From the human T2T-CHM13v2.0 reference genome, Homo sapiens, in assembly GCF_009914755.1 (NCBI RefSeq), contig NC_060942.1: a stretch of 64,000 bases of DNA; one strand, written 5' to 3'. The notes under the pieces are model-generated. The model had not been told where the DNA came from, searched no databases, and worked only from the letters and a program-made list of their open reading frames with translations. The position numbers and the translations under genes are program-made. Positions 14,216 to 28,968 of this stretch are shown here, one piece after another (the stretch's first letter is position 1; each line of letters opens with the position of its first letter).

Positions 14216-14455
14216 ATAATAACAATACAGAACCCAACACCATAGCAAGAATAGCCCATCTTCCAAGTATTACATTTGGTCTAACGTCTCTTGTACTTTT
14301 ATCCTTCATTCTACACTCAGATGGAGTTGAACAGTCACATACTCTCACTGTTAACATATGTGTTGCAACTAAACCATGCCTGTCTTTTATTTGAATAGGC
14401 ACAGAATAATAGTTATAATCAAGATTTTGCCGTTGACGAAGAATGGCAGTTTTAC
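14216..14455 (-). CDS. DSC1: DSC1 exon 13 (KTAILRQ...WAILAMVLGSVLLL), 240 nt; extracellular anchor and start of TM helix
   Basis: Acceptor CCTAG|, donor T|GTAAGT; overlaps ORF 14175..14402. Confidence 0.96.
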
Positions 14456-14895
14456 CTAGGGAAAAAAAAGACAGAATATATATGGATTGGCTGTTTAGAT
14501 GGCAGTATTATTCCTACTCAATATTCTCAGTGGAAGGGAATCAATTTAGAATAAAAACTCGAATTTTTCTTTTTTTTTTGAATTTGTGATTTCCCAGAAG
14601 AGCCAGAAAAGTAATTGATGTTGCTTTATGCTGATATTAAACTAATCTGTACTTAACATGTTGCTCAAATGTTAATTAAAAAGGGACTTATATGTTTTCT
14701 TAAAAGATATTCAGAACAAGAGTCTAAGCTCACCACAATGGCACTAATTTTTTTTAAAGATTAGGTATTGTTGTTTTTAGGGTTAATAAAATAATTTCCT
14801 AAAATAAATGTGTATTTATTATGATAAACTAAGGTGAAAGAACCATCACCAATCTGAAGTCCGTATTGACTATAAAATTTAGCATGATTACATAC

Positions 14896-15108
14896 CATCC
14901 TTTTCTTCTATGTTCCAGTTTTTACTGGCAGAATTATCCAGAAAGAATTGAAAAGGTGGTCCATTTTCAGGTCCATCTGGATCTACAGGTTTCAGAACAG
15001 CAAAATCCTCATTATTCTGACAAATGGTCACTTCTTTGTCAATTTGAGGTGCGTGATCGTTGTAATCATCCAAATGAACTACTAATGTTCCAGTGCAAGA
15101 TCGGCCAA
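14896..15108 (-). CDS. DSC1: DSC1 exon 12 (GRSCTGTL...DDYNDHAP...IEEKD), 213 nt
   Basis: Acceptor TCTTAG|, donor G|GTATGT; overlaps ORF 14888..15073. Confidence 0.96.
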
Positions 15109-16905
15109 CTAAGATTAATTAAAAATAGGTTATTTCTTCACATGAAAATGCATTTATTTTCAACAATTTATAAAATACACAGTTGACATCTGCTTTCTAC
15201 TAGCTGTCTGAGCTTGAGTTCGCATACATGCTTCCCAGATTTCAGACACCAAGACTACAAAATAGGGACATGTCACTTTTCTTTGAAGACTAGGGCTGGA
15301 TCAGATAATTTCTTCAGATGCTTTTCAAAACTAAAAGGTATGAGATTATGAGGAAGGTCACTACAGAATGACCTGTTGAAAATAAAACAGATGTCTTACA
15401 TCCTTCTTTATGAAGCGCATATATTCATCCTTAGAATACAAACACTTTACATTTGGTTGTCAGTCACTTTCTCAGCTTCTCCATTGCATCATATACTTTT
15501 TTCCCAAACCTTGAAAACTTCTCTAGAAATGCACTAAGTGTTCCCCTTCCTGTCTGCTTTGTAGCATTCGGTTGCCACTCCTAGGAATACTTTTCTCCTC
15601 TTCTTTGCCAGATAGCACACTATTATCTTCAAGAATCTACTTAAATGTCACGTCCTCATGAAACTCGTGACTTCCACAGACAATGGTAGCCATATTCCAG
15701 TGCTTTCTCAGAACTCTTTGCTAATACTTTGGCTCACACACTGAACTGCAAAAGTAGCATAGTAAGTTGTATTCACCTTGAGAGCCTAGTGATTTGCCCA
15801 GTATTTCCCAGCTAACTATAACTTAATACTGACACATTGAACATAATGCAGTTCCTATTTTTATACTTGAAAACATTTAATTGAATAAGCCAGAAAAATA
15901 AGTTTTCATCTCTACCCTAATGCAATTCATATGTTCTTGACAACAGGAACTGTCTCGTACTCATCTGTTGATTGCCACTATTATTGGCCTAAGACTTCAC
16001 ACATAGTATTTTTAGTTAAAATAGTGCCCATTATTTGTGTTTAAGAGATAATGAAGTTCAGAAACATGTCAAATCCCACCATTTGTAAAAGGATAATAAA
16101 CTACAATAAATGATAAGATATCAAAATTGAAATAAACAGAAAGGTAATTGATGTAATTTTTCATGTTTTTGCTTTAAATACTGGTCCACATTTTGAAACA
16201 TGTATGTTGAATTTATCATAAAGACTACTATAACTCCCATGCAAATATAATTTATTTTTCTTTTTAATTTGAAATAACCCTAAGTCATATCATGTAGTGT
16301 ATTTCAAAAGAATTTTTTCTGTTGAATAACTACAAAATTAATTTATTCAGTGACTTTTAAACTAATTGTTTGTATAAAGTAACTACTATTTATGCCTATT
16401 TTAAAACTACCTGAACAAATTTAAAAATATCCAGAAATAAAAGAGAGATATAGCTATTTGTTGAAGAAATTTGCAATAGCATATAAATACTTTGAGACTG
16501 CCAGAAAATAGCAAATAAAGTTGAATATAAGTAATAACTTTAAAATCAGCAAACTAAGAAATGAATAATATGAAAAAGAGGCCTTATAAAGTAAAAAATT
16601 TAGTTGCATACACTACACATGAGTTGATATATATACTATAATTTCACCTTTTAAAATTTAAGCAGAAAGCCTTTCTCTTTATAGAAAAATCGTAAGAAAA
16701 CACACTTTAAAAATCCAAAAAAAGTGGTAATTATAGTAACGCAAATCAAGATTTATTTAATCACATATTCAACCAACATTTATCCCATAACTTACTATTT
16801 TCTATTACAGTCTCTGCTTTAAGCATGTTGATAAAAACAGATGAAAGATGCTTGAAATGATTTAAATGGAAGGCAATCAAAGACAAAGCTGAGAAGGTCT
16901 TAGAA

Positions 16906-17131
16906 CAGGGGTGTCCAATCTTTTGGCTTCCCTGGCCCACACTGAAAACAGAAGAATTGTCTTGGGCCACACATAAAATACACTAACACCAATGATAGCT
17001 GATGAGCTAAAAAATATATGTTGCAAACAAATCTTATAATGTTTCAAGAAAGTTTATGAATTTTTGTTGGGCCACATTCAAAGCCACGCTGGGCTGCATG
17101 CTGCCTGCAGGCCACAGGTTGGACAAGCTTG
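16906..17131 (+). mobile_element. MER30 hAT-Charlie DNA transposon
   Basis: Ends CAGGGGTGTCCAA and TTGGACAAGCTTG; perfect 8-bp TSD TCTTAGAA at 16898-16905 and 17132-17139. Confidence 0.9.
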
Positions 17132-18287
17132 TCTTAGAAGATATCAAAAATTACAAGAGGTTGATGGTAAGTTTTTATTTTACCCCTGGGAAGAGGTAAA
17201 CAGCCAAAAATAAGTAATTACTGATAATAGCTGAGCATGATGAAGTCATTGGTGTGTTTATTTACTTCTAAAATTTACTTTAAATTAAGCACATAAGCAA
17301 ACATCAAGTATAAATGAGTAAGAAACACCAATCACAGAGCTAGAAAGTACATCTTGGGTTAACTAAAAATCTTCATAATACTTCAACAGCAATTCTGGAA
17401 AGCAGTCGTTTTTTATTGCTACTCAAATGTTTCAGTAACTAGAATCACTGTATTATAAATCAGCCTACTCTATAAATTTTAAAATTAATTGTTAAAAGAT
17501 TTAAATTTTTAATTATTAAGCTACAATATGCCTCCTAATGATTTCCTGTAATTTGTTCATGTTCTTTTTGGACTATACATGCAAAATGTTTGCCACTTGT
17601 ACATGACAACCCTTAAATATTTGTTCTCTTAAGAAAATCCTTCTTACAGAAGGGAAAAATAAAGAAGCACTTAATAAATGTTTAATCTCAATTTTCTACA
17701 TTAAAATCAGTTTTCCCAAGTGCTAATTATGTCCCTAGAATTGTAAAGCTTTTTGCAGTGAAATGTATAACGTGGAGATTCATAGGACTCTCAAACAACA
17801 AAGGAATGACAAATATCAGCACCTGCACTGTGCATATGTATACCACATTTTCTGCCAGATACTTGGAAAGGGACGATTTACAAAGAAAAAGGGTCTTTAT
17901 ACAAAATTGAACTCATAATTAAGCTTGTTAGGAGAACAGAATATACATGAGAAACAATGAAAGCAGCCTTTTCTACAGAAGCCACACCATATATGATATT
18001 GTTATCCCCAGTTCAAAAGGTATTTAGAGAAGAACTGAATCCAGACTAATGGAAACAATCACAAACCTTGTCATTGCCATTTATTTGAAGAAGTTAAGGG
18101 GCCTGAATTTCAGACAGGAGGAGCAATGCTACTCTAGGTGGAAGGTATGTAAAACAATGCTTTCTCGACTGACAGCAGGGACATCAGCCAGACTGACAGA
18201 GGATTGACACAAGAAAGAAAGTTGGATTCTAAGACAGGTAGAATACCTAGATCATCATCCAGGAATATTCATGAGCATCAGAGCAAA

Positions 18288-18288
<1 letters not shown>

Positions 18289-18336
<48 letters not shown>
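18289..18336. repeat. (TG)24 microsatellite, intron 11
   Basis: Perfect dinucleotide run. Confidence 0.97.
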
Positions 18337-18337
<1 letters not shown>

Positions 18338-20073
18338 ATTAAAGTTCAAAGAAACAAAATCCATCATATCACTATATGGTTTTTCACTAAAATGTGTAAC
18401 ATCCTTATCTTTACTTTTTTATTAAACACACCCAGGTTATCTACGGCCCTGGAATGTAGATTTGTTAAAGTTTGCTTTTTATTTTCTACACTACATTCAC
18501 TGTGCTTACAGACTTTGTCTTTTAGCACCAAAAAACAAAGTTACTTTTTAAATACTTTGTTCTCCATAATTTTCTCCTCTCCAGATAGCATTTTATTTTT
18601 AAAAAATTAGGCCTCTGCATTTCTGTAATCTCTTCTCTTTCATCCTTAATCTGAGCAGGTCTTAACTGATCGCCACTTCTGATAATATTCATACATTCTT
18701 TTTGAGGAAAGTTCTCACATCATAGAATCTCTTGTGAAACTATAATAATTCTATAGTTGATATCGTGTAAGAATTTGGCCTTATCTTAACATTCTTAATT
18801 TCCATGTCAGCTTGTCTAATACTTAGAACTTAATAGACAAACCAACAGTTGGGGAATAAATGAGTAAACATAAAGTCTTCTTTGCCATCATAGAAAAAAG
18901 TAGGGGTATAATATCTGAGAACACATTGTTTGCATTTTGTTATTAAAAAAAAAACAAAGGGACAAATAAATAAGCATGAACATTTTCACTACTACCAACT
19001 TATATTAATTACCATGGAATTTCATATGTATTTATTAATACAGTCAACCATTCCTTCTAAAGAAATGCAATAGACACAGGAAAAAAAAACCCATAGCATT
19101 GTATCAGCTAGTTTGTTTTGAACATCCAGCATATGCATGTAAAAAGAGTGGAAACCTTCTTGGATTAGGCAGGTAGTCAAACGAATAGGCTATGTTATAA
19201 AAGCCCAAGTTCATTTATCTTTATTATTTATGGCAATTTGCCAAAATTTATGGTAAATTTGTCATCAATATGATAAAATGGAAGAGTGTAGCTTCTACTT
19301 ATATTTTTATCATCCTCTTTTAATATGTTTTGTATATTTTTATGATGTATACATTAGTATAATAGTACATGTATATAAAAATACATATGATAGCAAATAT
19401 TTAAAAACATATTTATAAATATATATTTAAACATACTAACAAGTGGTTTACTGATAGAAATTTGTATGTTCAAAAGAATTTCCAGATCACTACTTTACTA
19501 TATTTGGAGGACATTCTTTACAGAATTGATTCTAAAATTGACCTTGGTAAAAGATTGCAAATCACCGTAAAAGACTTAAGTCATTGTTTGACCATTGCTT
19601 TATAAAATAGGATAAATGATTTGTTCTCCATTAAGAGAAGCTCAGAACAAACTTACTTTGAACCCAACTGTTTTAGGTGTGTTGAACCCTTTCAGCAAGC
19701 TCAAATCATAATGTATCTAAACCTGTACTTCTGAAAAAAAACGGTGATCCTTGAGTATGCCACCATTTCCTCAGCAGAAATTAATAATATATAGATCATC
19801 TTTGAAACCTTAGACCTTAATTTTAATTGTGATGTAATTACATTTAAATTTATTGTGATATAATTAAGCCTTAAGCTTTGGCCATTCACTACCTCATAGC
19901 TTTGCATTATAGATGCACTGAAGCCTAAACTGGGTGATATCCAATAACATGAACAATAAAAATGCAAACATTGCTTGAATTATGTTTTGTCTAGAAATAA
20001 ACAGATTTCACCACAAGGTTTCCTTAAAAACATGTCGTATATTTATATTTTATCTGTAGAAAATGGCACTCAC

Positions 20074-20216
20074 CTGCATCCACTGCAACAACTGAAATAT
20101 TGTATTGGTTGTTTTTTACAAATTTGGATTCTCTATCTAGTACTTTTAGAGTTCTCAAGTCGCCAGTGTGTTGATTAATTTCAAACCAGTTATCTTCATC
20201 CCCTAACTTCTGATAC
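20074..20216 (-). CDS. DSC1: DSC1 exon 11 (YQKLGDEDNW...VVAVDA), 143 nt
   Basis: Acceptor TTAG|, donor G|GTGAGT; LDRE motif. Confidence 0.96.
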
Positions 20217-20367
20217 CTAATTTTTAGAAATCAAATATGAACGGTCAAATCAAAGAAGGGACATGATCTTAAAATCTGTCATTTTGAAAAATACATAAAA
20301 CATTCATAACTTTAAAAACAATTTACATCACAATTAAAATTAAGGAGCTTTTTGAAAAGTACATCAC

Positions 20368-20627
20368 CTTAAGCCTTCACCACTGGATATTTCCGGGTCC
20401 AGTGCTTTGTATCCAAGGAGTTCTTGGCCAGCTGGGAAGCCATCTTGACTCTGAATAACTTTCACTGGAGGGTGGCATTCAGGGCCCTCATCACTGTCTA
20501 TAATTTTAACGGTGACAGTTGTAGTGCACATTGTAGGAGTTTGTGAGCTCGCTGCTTTAGAGAATTGTGCCTCGTTAATGACACCAACTTGCAAAATAAC
20601 TTGGCGATTGACTTCATAGTTCAATGG
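20368..20627 (-). CDS. DSC1: DSC1 exon 10 (PLNYEVNRQ...SSGEGL), 260 nt
   Basis: Acceptor AACAG|, donor AG|GTGATG; matches ORF 20364..20624. Confidence 0.96.
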
Positions 20628-21137
20628 CTGTTAAATAAGCATACTTTAATAAGTCAATATATAACATTATATATAAGACTTCTAATTTCAAATTTTCCTA
20701 CAAAGGAATATCATTTTTACATTTAAAATGTAACCTAAAGTTAGGTCTAATACAGTTAAAGACCAACAATTAGCTTCCTAAAGTGACAAACATTGCCAAA
20801 TGCAAAATTGTTGATTCTCAGATTCAACCCATTTTTCTTCTCATTTTTCTTTTGGAAGATCTTGCCTTCGGCCTTTTTCATTATAAGTTTAAATATTAAT
20901 AGAAATGCAAGATAAGTGTATGAAAAAATTCAAATTACTTTACTGCTTATTATATGGGATAACAGTGACAACTAAATTGCCTCCAAACTAAGTATATACA
21001 ATAATTAGATAGAAATTTGGCTATAATACAGCAGTTACTCTATGCCTGACTCAAAAGATAGAATGATATTTAACAGCACCTTTTCAAAGCACATTATATT
21101 TCAGGCTGTTTAGTTCCTGATGAAAGCGCTTGGTCCT

Positions 21138-21490
21138 TGATATGGTTGGCTATGTCCCACCCACATCTCAACTTGATTTGTATCTCCCAGAATTCCCACC
21201 TGTTGTGGGAGGGACCCAGGGCAAGGTAATTGAATCTTGGGGGCCAGTCTTTCCTGTGCTATTCTCGTGATAGTGAATAAGTCTCGCAGGAGCTGATAGC
21301 TTTATCAGGGGTTTCTGCTTTTGCTTCTGCCTCATTCTTCTCTTGCTGCCACCATGTGAGAAGTGCCTTTTGCCTCCCTCCATGATTCTGAGGCCTCCCT
21401 AGCCATGTGAAACTGTAAGTCCAATTAAACCTCTTTTTGTTCCCAGTTTCGGATATGTCTTTATCAGCCATGTGAAAACAAACTAATACA
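21138..21490 (+). mobile_element. THE1 (MaLR) solo LTR, intron 9
   Basis: TGATATGG...CTAATACA termini; perfect 5-bp TSD GTCCT. Confidence 0.92.
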
Positions 21491-22324
21491 GTCCTAAAAT
21501 GAATAGTTAGAAAGAATCCTAAAACAACATTTAAATGGTGAAAAAAATATCAAGGGGGAAAAAACCTAAGAACAAGAAAAGAAAAAGAAATAAAGAAAGA
21601 AAAAGTAGACAGTACAATAATTAAAGAATATTTTCTAAAAATCTTATCAGGAGAACACAATGTCTGCCTGAACCTTCTGAGGACTTAAACTGTCTCTAAG
21701 AAATTAATGAATGAAGCTATGCAAGAAGTCAATGAGAGCTATGGATAGATGGACTAAAAAAGAATTAGGTCCAGTTAAAGTAATCATCCTAGAAACCAGT
21801 AATTGCAATTAAATTTAAAAAATCCAAAGCAATGGCTACCTGGAATATAGGGGGATTAATGGGAAAAGTTGCTGAATATTTAGTTCAATAGTCTCTTTTA
21901 CAGAATACATCATAGAGAGGTAAAAATAAAATGTACTATGAACATGAAAGGAGTTGAAAAGTTGAGGCTTGATTTCAAATAGTGATTCTTCCATTTTCTT
22001 CTTTTGTGTTCTTATAAAAAAGAAATGTGGACAAGTAAGTGTCTAAGACCCCTTCTAAAGCAAATATCTGGTTCAGTATTCAATATTTCTCTGTCTTGGT
22101 TTTCTTCATATAGAGAACAATGAGTTTTGTACCTGACATGACTTTCTTCTAAGAGAGAAAATTAGGGTAAGAGAATAAGAAACAACAAAGTTTATATAAA
22201 CCAATATAAATCATTTGGCCTTGCACTGCAGTAGTCTAGTCATATACATATAAGAATTATCTCTTAAAATCAGTGCGTGAGTTAGGATATTTTAAAGCAT
22301 AGCCTGATTATTTTATTTGTTTAC

Positions 22325-22510
22325 CTTGACAACACACAGCACTCCTTCATTTGTATTTGGATCTGTGCTAATTATGAAGTTTCCATTTTCATTTCCTTGT
22401 AGGATTTTGTATACAGCCTTTGAGTGAGGAGTGTTTGGCAAATCCTGATCCTGTACCTTCATTCGTAAAATCTCCACGTCAATTCTGTTTTCTTCTACTT
22501 CTGTAACATA
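22325..22510 (-). CDS. DSC1: DSC1 exon 9 (YVTEVEEN...GVLCVVK), 186 nt
   Basis: Acceptor TTTCAG|, donor AAG|GTAAAC. Confidence 0.96.
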
Positions 22511-23982
22511 CTGAAAGAATTGCCCCTTATTATTATCAATTTACAACTTTGACAATGTAGCTTTATATTCTAAAACACGTATTTAAAGAAAAAAATAAAT
22601 AAAGTGATGTGAAAAGCTGCCCTCACTATATGGGGAAACATTTTACAAATTTAATGCGTAGCTTAGTTCTTTCCTCCTGAATTGCCTTTTCATATCTTTT
22701 CCATTCTTCAAAGGCTACCCCAAGTCTTATCTTCTGAACTTCTCTGAGATAATTTTCCTAATCATTCTAGACCTCAGATTTATCTCTTCTCTGCACCTCT
22801 ACAATATTTACAGTCTATCCTCTCCCATTTTTACACAGTAAACACTTAATAAATGTCTTATGTTAATATATTAAACACTCAGTACTTGTAGGTAATTATA
22901 AACGTATGTTGGCTTCTTATTTCTGGAGAATTGTTTTCACACCAGTGTTTCCAAATGTACTTTTGATTCACTTGCAAACCTTTAGCAGAAAAGTTTTCCT
23001 TTTTTTTTGAGACATTAAACAATAGCCCTCCACAAAAATATTATTACAAAAGCATAAGATATTAAAGACTAAAAGAAGTAGTAAATTGAATCTGTTAGAG
23101 ATAGAAGGTGAATTCATATAGGAGGATGATAGACACTGGAGCGTAATAGACCTAGATTTGAATCCTGGTTATTCCTTGTATATGGTTTATTAGTATGAGA
23201 TCTTGACTTAACAGACTTTCTATTTCCTCATATGAAATATGAGGTAAAATATATCCTCATATATTGTAGGGATTCATGTAAGAAATTACATGAACATGTC
23301 TATCACTGTACTTGCAGGTTTTTCCTTCTTTGACTTGTGCTCTGGAATAAGTTAATGAAAAAATGAAAGGTTATTTATCAAAAGTTCAGGAAAGGAGAAC
23401 CATTTCCTGAAACTATTGTCATAAAAATATAAATATATATATGTGTACACAAACACACACATCACACATATATATATTTATATATATCTCTTATTGTTTA
23501 CCGCCTAAGGAAAAGTTTACTCATGGTACAGGAAGAGCTTGTTTGGAGTTGTGAGCCAGCCTGTACTACTGTCTCCGTAGGCTAGTTCCTTACTTATCTT
23601 AAGAAGTTGAAATGTAAAGGACACCAGAGAGAGAGCCTCTCCTCCTTCACCCTACATAAAGATTTAATGCCAAGGAATCTGGTAGCAGAGCTTAACACCA
23701 AAAAAATAAAATAAAATAAAATAAAAGTTTAACACATGAGCTACGTCTAGGGCTAAGAAGCTCTTCGGTAGCCAAGAGCATGGTTATTTCCCTAGCATCC
23801 AGAAATAACTAGTACTTCAATTATTTGTACAGAAATCATATTTTTCTCCCTATGTTATTTGTAAGTAGTAGTTATTTAAATCAAACTGTCAAACTTTGTG
23901 ATCTCACAGAGCTACCAAATTCTAGACATGTTTTTTGAAAAAGTAGATAAATCTAGATGAATGAATAGAGAGGTATACTCAC

Positions 23983-24117
23983 AGAAGTTTCTGTGAAAGA
24001 TGGTGGATTGTCATTTTCATCCTCAAGTGAAATAGTAATTGTTCCTGTATTAAATAAACCGAAAGGCTGACCACCCATGTCTCGCACTTCCATTATTAAC
24101 TGGTAAGTATCACATTT
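23983..24117 (-). CDS. DSC1: DSC1 exon 8 (KCDTYQL...DENDNPPSFTETS), 135 nt
   Basis: Acceptor TTTCAG|, donor TCT|GTGAGT. Confidence 0.96.
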
Positions 24118-24166
24118 CTGAAAAAAAGGAAAAAACTACATTAATGAACACTTTTATTTCCTATAA

Positions 24167-24631
<465 letters not shown>

Positions 24632-24649
24632 TAACATTTTAAAATTTAA

Positions 24650-25640
<991 letters not shown>

Positions 25641-25936
25641 TAAGCATATTGGAGCCAGATAAAAGTATTTTTTAAAACAAAAATAAAATAAATGTAAAGC
25701 AATTTTATCATCAACAAATCAAATCAGGTTAGTGATTTCAAGTGAGGCCCTGTCTAATATATGGTACTTTCCCAACATCTCTAAGGACCGAGGACATCTC
25801 CAGAGAAGCCCTAACCGCAGCCTACAGAAGCATGCTGAGAAAGGAGGCCAGACTGGCCATATTGCAACTTCTCTCGGGAGTTCATTCTCAGTTTAAATGT
25901 AGTTCAATGACTAGATAGTTAATTAATCATCATTAC

Positions 25937-26103
25937 TTCTCTATCCAGAAAAGGTGTAGTTGTGGTGATGACACCGGTATCTGGGTGTATGGAGAAATGC
26001 TTTGGATGATCTGGGATTTGTTGTAAGATTTTATATTTCAGACGAGTATGGAGAGTGTCAGGTTCGTCAAGGTCTGTGGCGGTCACTTTTCCCACTGAAG
26101 TTC
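25937..26103 (-). CDS. DSC1: DSC1 exon 7 ([14 protein letters not shown]...FLDRE), 167 nt
   Basis: Acceptor AAACAG|, donor GAA|GTAATG; ATDxD and LDRE motifs. Confidence 0.96.
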
Positions 26104-26402
26104 CTGTTTAGATAAATCCAAAAGTGTCAAAAATTTCTACTCATATAATTGAATTATAAACAAAATAAAATCAAGGCATTGCTGTAGCAAATTCTCCCCC
26201 AAACCACAAGTAGATTAGTTCTACTGTTAAGTTGACGAATGTGAAACTGTTCTAAATGTCTCCAAGCCTCCCTTACTCGGGAACTTCAGTTAGGTGGCCC
26301 CTGTGAATAACATGATTCATATTCTACATAGATGAGAACAGTTCCCACACTACCCTTAGAAACAGTAGTTCTGAAATTCTTTCTCTCTAAGTTCACGGGC
26401 TA

Positions 26403-27042
26403 TTTTTAAATTTAACTTAATTTAATTTTAGATTTGGGGGTACACATGCGGGTTTGTTACAGGGGTATATTGTGCGATACCGAGGTTTGGGCTTCTAATG
26501 ATCCCACCACCCCCGTAGTGAATGTGGTACCGAATACGTAGTTTTCAGCCCCTTCCCTCCTCCTTCCCTCCCACCTTTTGGAATCCCCATTGTTTGTTGT
26601 TCCCATTTTTGTGTCTATGTGTACCCAATGTTCAGCTCTCACTTATAAGTGATAACATGTGGTATTTAGCTTTCTGTTTGTGTGTTAATTTGCTTAGGAT
26701 AATGACCTCCAGTTGCATCTATGTTGCTGCAAAAGACATGATTTTATTCTTTTTTATGGCTGCATAGTATTCTATGGCATTTGTGTACTACATTTTCTTT
26801 ATCCAATCCACCATTGAAGGGCACGTGGATTCATTTCATGTCTTTGCTATTGTGAATGGTGTGGCAACAAACATACAAGTGCAAGTGTCTTTTGGTAGAA
26901 TGATTTGTTTTCCCTTGGGTATATACCTAGTAATGGCATTGCTGGCTCAAATAGTAGCTCTGTTTTTAGTTCTTTGAGTAATCTCCAAACTGCTTTCCAC
27001 AGGGGCTGAACTAATTTACATTCTCACCAATGGCATATAAGT
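26403..27042 (-). mobile_element. L1PA/L1PB-type 3' fragment, intron 6
   Basis: gggggtacacatgcgggtttgttac...ctccaaactgctttccacaggggctgaactaatttacattc; degenerate flanking repeat GTTCAYGG..YATTTTT. Confidence 0.87.
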
Positions 27043-28823
27043 GTTCATGGACCATTTTTGAATGGGACCTTCTCTGCATACCTTGCCTCTTTTATAACCC
27101 AACTTGATAAAGTTAATCAGAGGAATACCACATCTTTTCATGTAATAACAAATATTTTATGCTTTGTACTTTAATAAATGTGATAAATTATTAATGTATA
27201 CAAATAACTATTAATATATGCAAGACAAAATCATAGGGAGTAGTCTATGTATCATTTAGACAAGCTTCATAGTCCAGACATGAGAGTATTAGACACATTG
27301 CATTAGTATTGTGAAACAGCAATATTATTCACACATATGTACATGGAAACAGAATGGAGGAGGCCACAGGAAATAACAACTGTTCTTGCAACATTTTAAA
27401 ACAAAGTAGTCAGTCTTGTTATACCCCTTAGTAGTCTTGGGTCACAGACTTGGCTGCACATAGCATCAAATCAGTTTAATTTTTTTTTTCATTTTGTTTG
27501 GAAGATATGCCAAAAAAGGCAATGTATATGTTTTATTTATCAGATCGATATTTCCATGCCATGATATATTTCTGGTTCCTTGAAAATGTATTGAAACTTT
27601 ATAAAGATTCAAATTACGTACTGTTTCATAAACGCACCTGTGACACATATGTACATGGTAAAAATATAAAATATCTTTATATTTAATATGAATGGCATTT
27701 GTCTGTTGCACATTCAGATCTGTTGTGTACTAATCTAACCAGTTAGTAACTTTATGTATCAATTAGCTGCCTTCTATATGTGGGTAGCAAGATGAGCACA
27801 GAAAGGTTTTCCTTTGAGAAGTATATAACCTCATAAAACTAGAACGTTTTATGTAGTATATCCTTGAAAGTCAAGCATTTAAAAATGTTCTACATAATTG
27901 TGTTTAAAATATTAATAAGGAATTCAATGGAAGCAAAAATCTAGTGTTTTCCTAAAATTGCCATCATCCTAAACGCTGGTTACAAAGCTAGGCTAAAATG
28001 AAAGCTAATACCCAACAGTCATTTAATAAAGAGAATTCAGGAAAACAACACTGATATTATAAGATTTTAATATAAACTGGTACTACACATACATAGCCTA
28101 CAAAAGTCAAATCCTTTGAATTTCAAATGTCTGTTAAAAAAAAATTCCTTGGCACCATAAAATAGACATTCCTGTATGTTTGATTACATCACTTTTTTTG
28201 GAGTATTTTTCTTGCTTTGAAGGAAAAGTTGAATTTTTCCTACATTTAGGCTTCTATATATCCTTAAATGACACTTTTTAAAAAACCACTGAATGAATGA
28301 ATGAATGAATGAAAAAATAACCTCTTACTTTGTTGGAAGAAAAAATGATCCCTGGCCCACGTGTAAATCCCCTGTAATATTCTCTATGGATTTCTGGGTA
28401 TAGTCCCTTTTATACTGAACAACAACTTTTCCTAATGGCAAAATTGAGCAATATTTCCTTCACTCCAGACTTTCTAAGCATGCATTGGTAAACCAAACAC
28501 CAACTTCAGCAACAACCCCACCCTGGAGAGAATTTAGTCAAATAAATGCTGCCAGAATTATAAAATCATGATATAAAAGGGAAAAATGTATAATATTTTA
28601 TCATATGAATATGCTTAAATTTAAGAAAGTGTGCTCAGAGTCAATTACCACCCTTAATAGCAATGTCATATAACATCAATTCCTAATGGGAAAAAAAGTG
28701 TATGTAATCAGAAATACCAGAAAATGCATAAAATGCAATGATAAAACGTAAACATCTTTAATTATAATACTTACGAAATGTCAAATAGTCTTCTTGTCAT
28801 GCTACAATAAAATGTGAACTTAC

Positions 28824-28968
28824 CGGATCGGCAATTTTCAGGCACAGTAAAGATAGTCACTCTGTGTTCAAAATATGGGGCGTTATCATTATCATCTTCA
28901 ATTTTGATGATCAAAGGGAGTGGATATTCTGGTGCATAGCCATCTGCAGTTGTTGCATAGCCATATAA
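28824..28968 (-). CDS. DSC1: DSC1 exon 6 ([10 protein letters not shown]...DDNDNAP...NCRS), 145 nt; contains the YAT cell-adhesion-recognition site
   Basis: Acceptor TTTCAG|, donor G|GTAAGT; DxNDNxP calcium motif. Confidence 0.96.

Noticed and set aside
14866-15186. Antisense ORFs over DSC1 exons (also 11934..12182 and 40008..40211)
   Set aside because: Shadow frames of real coding exons, with non-ATG starts and no recognisable protein features.
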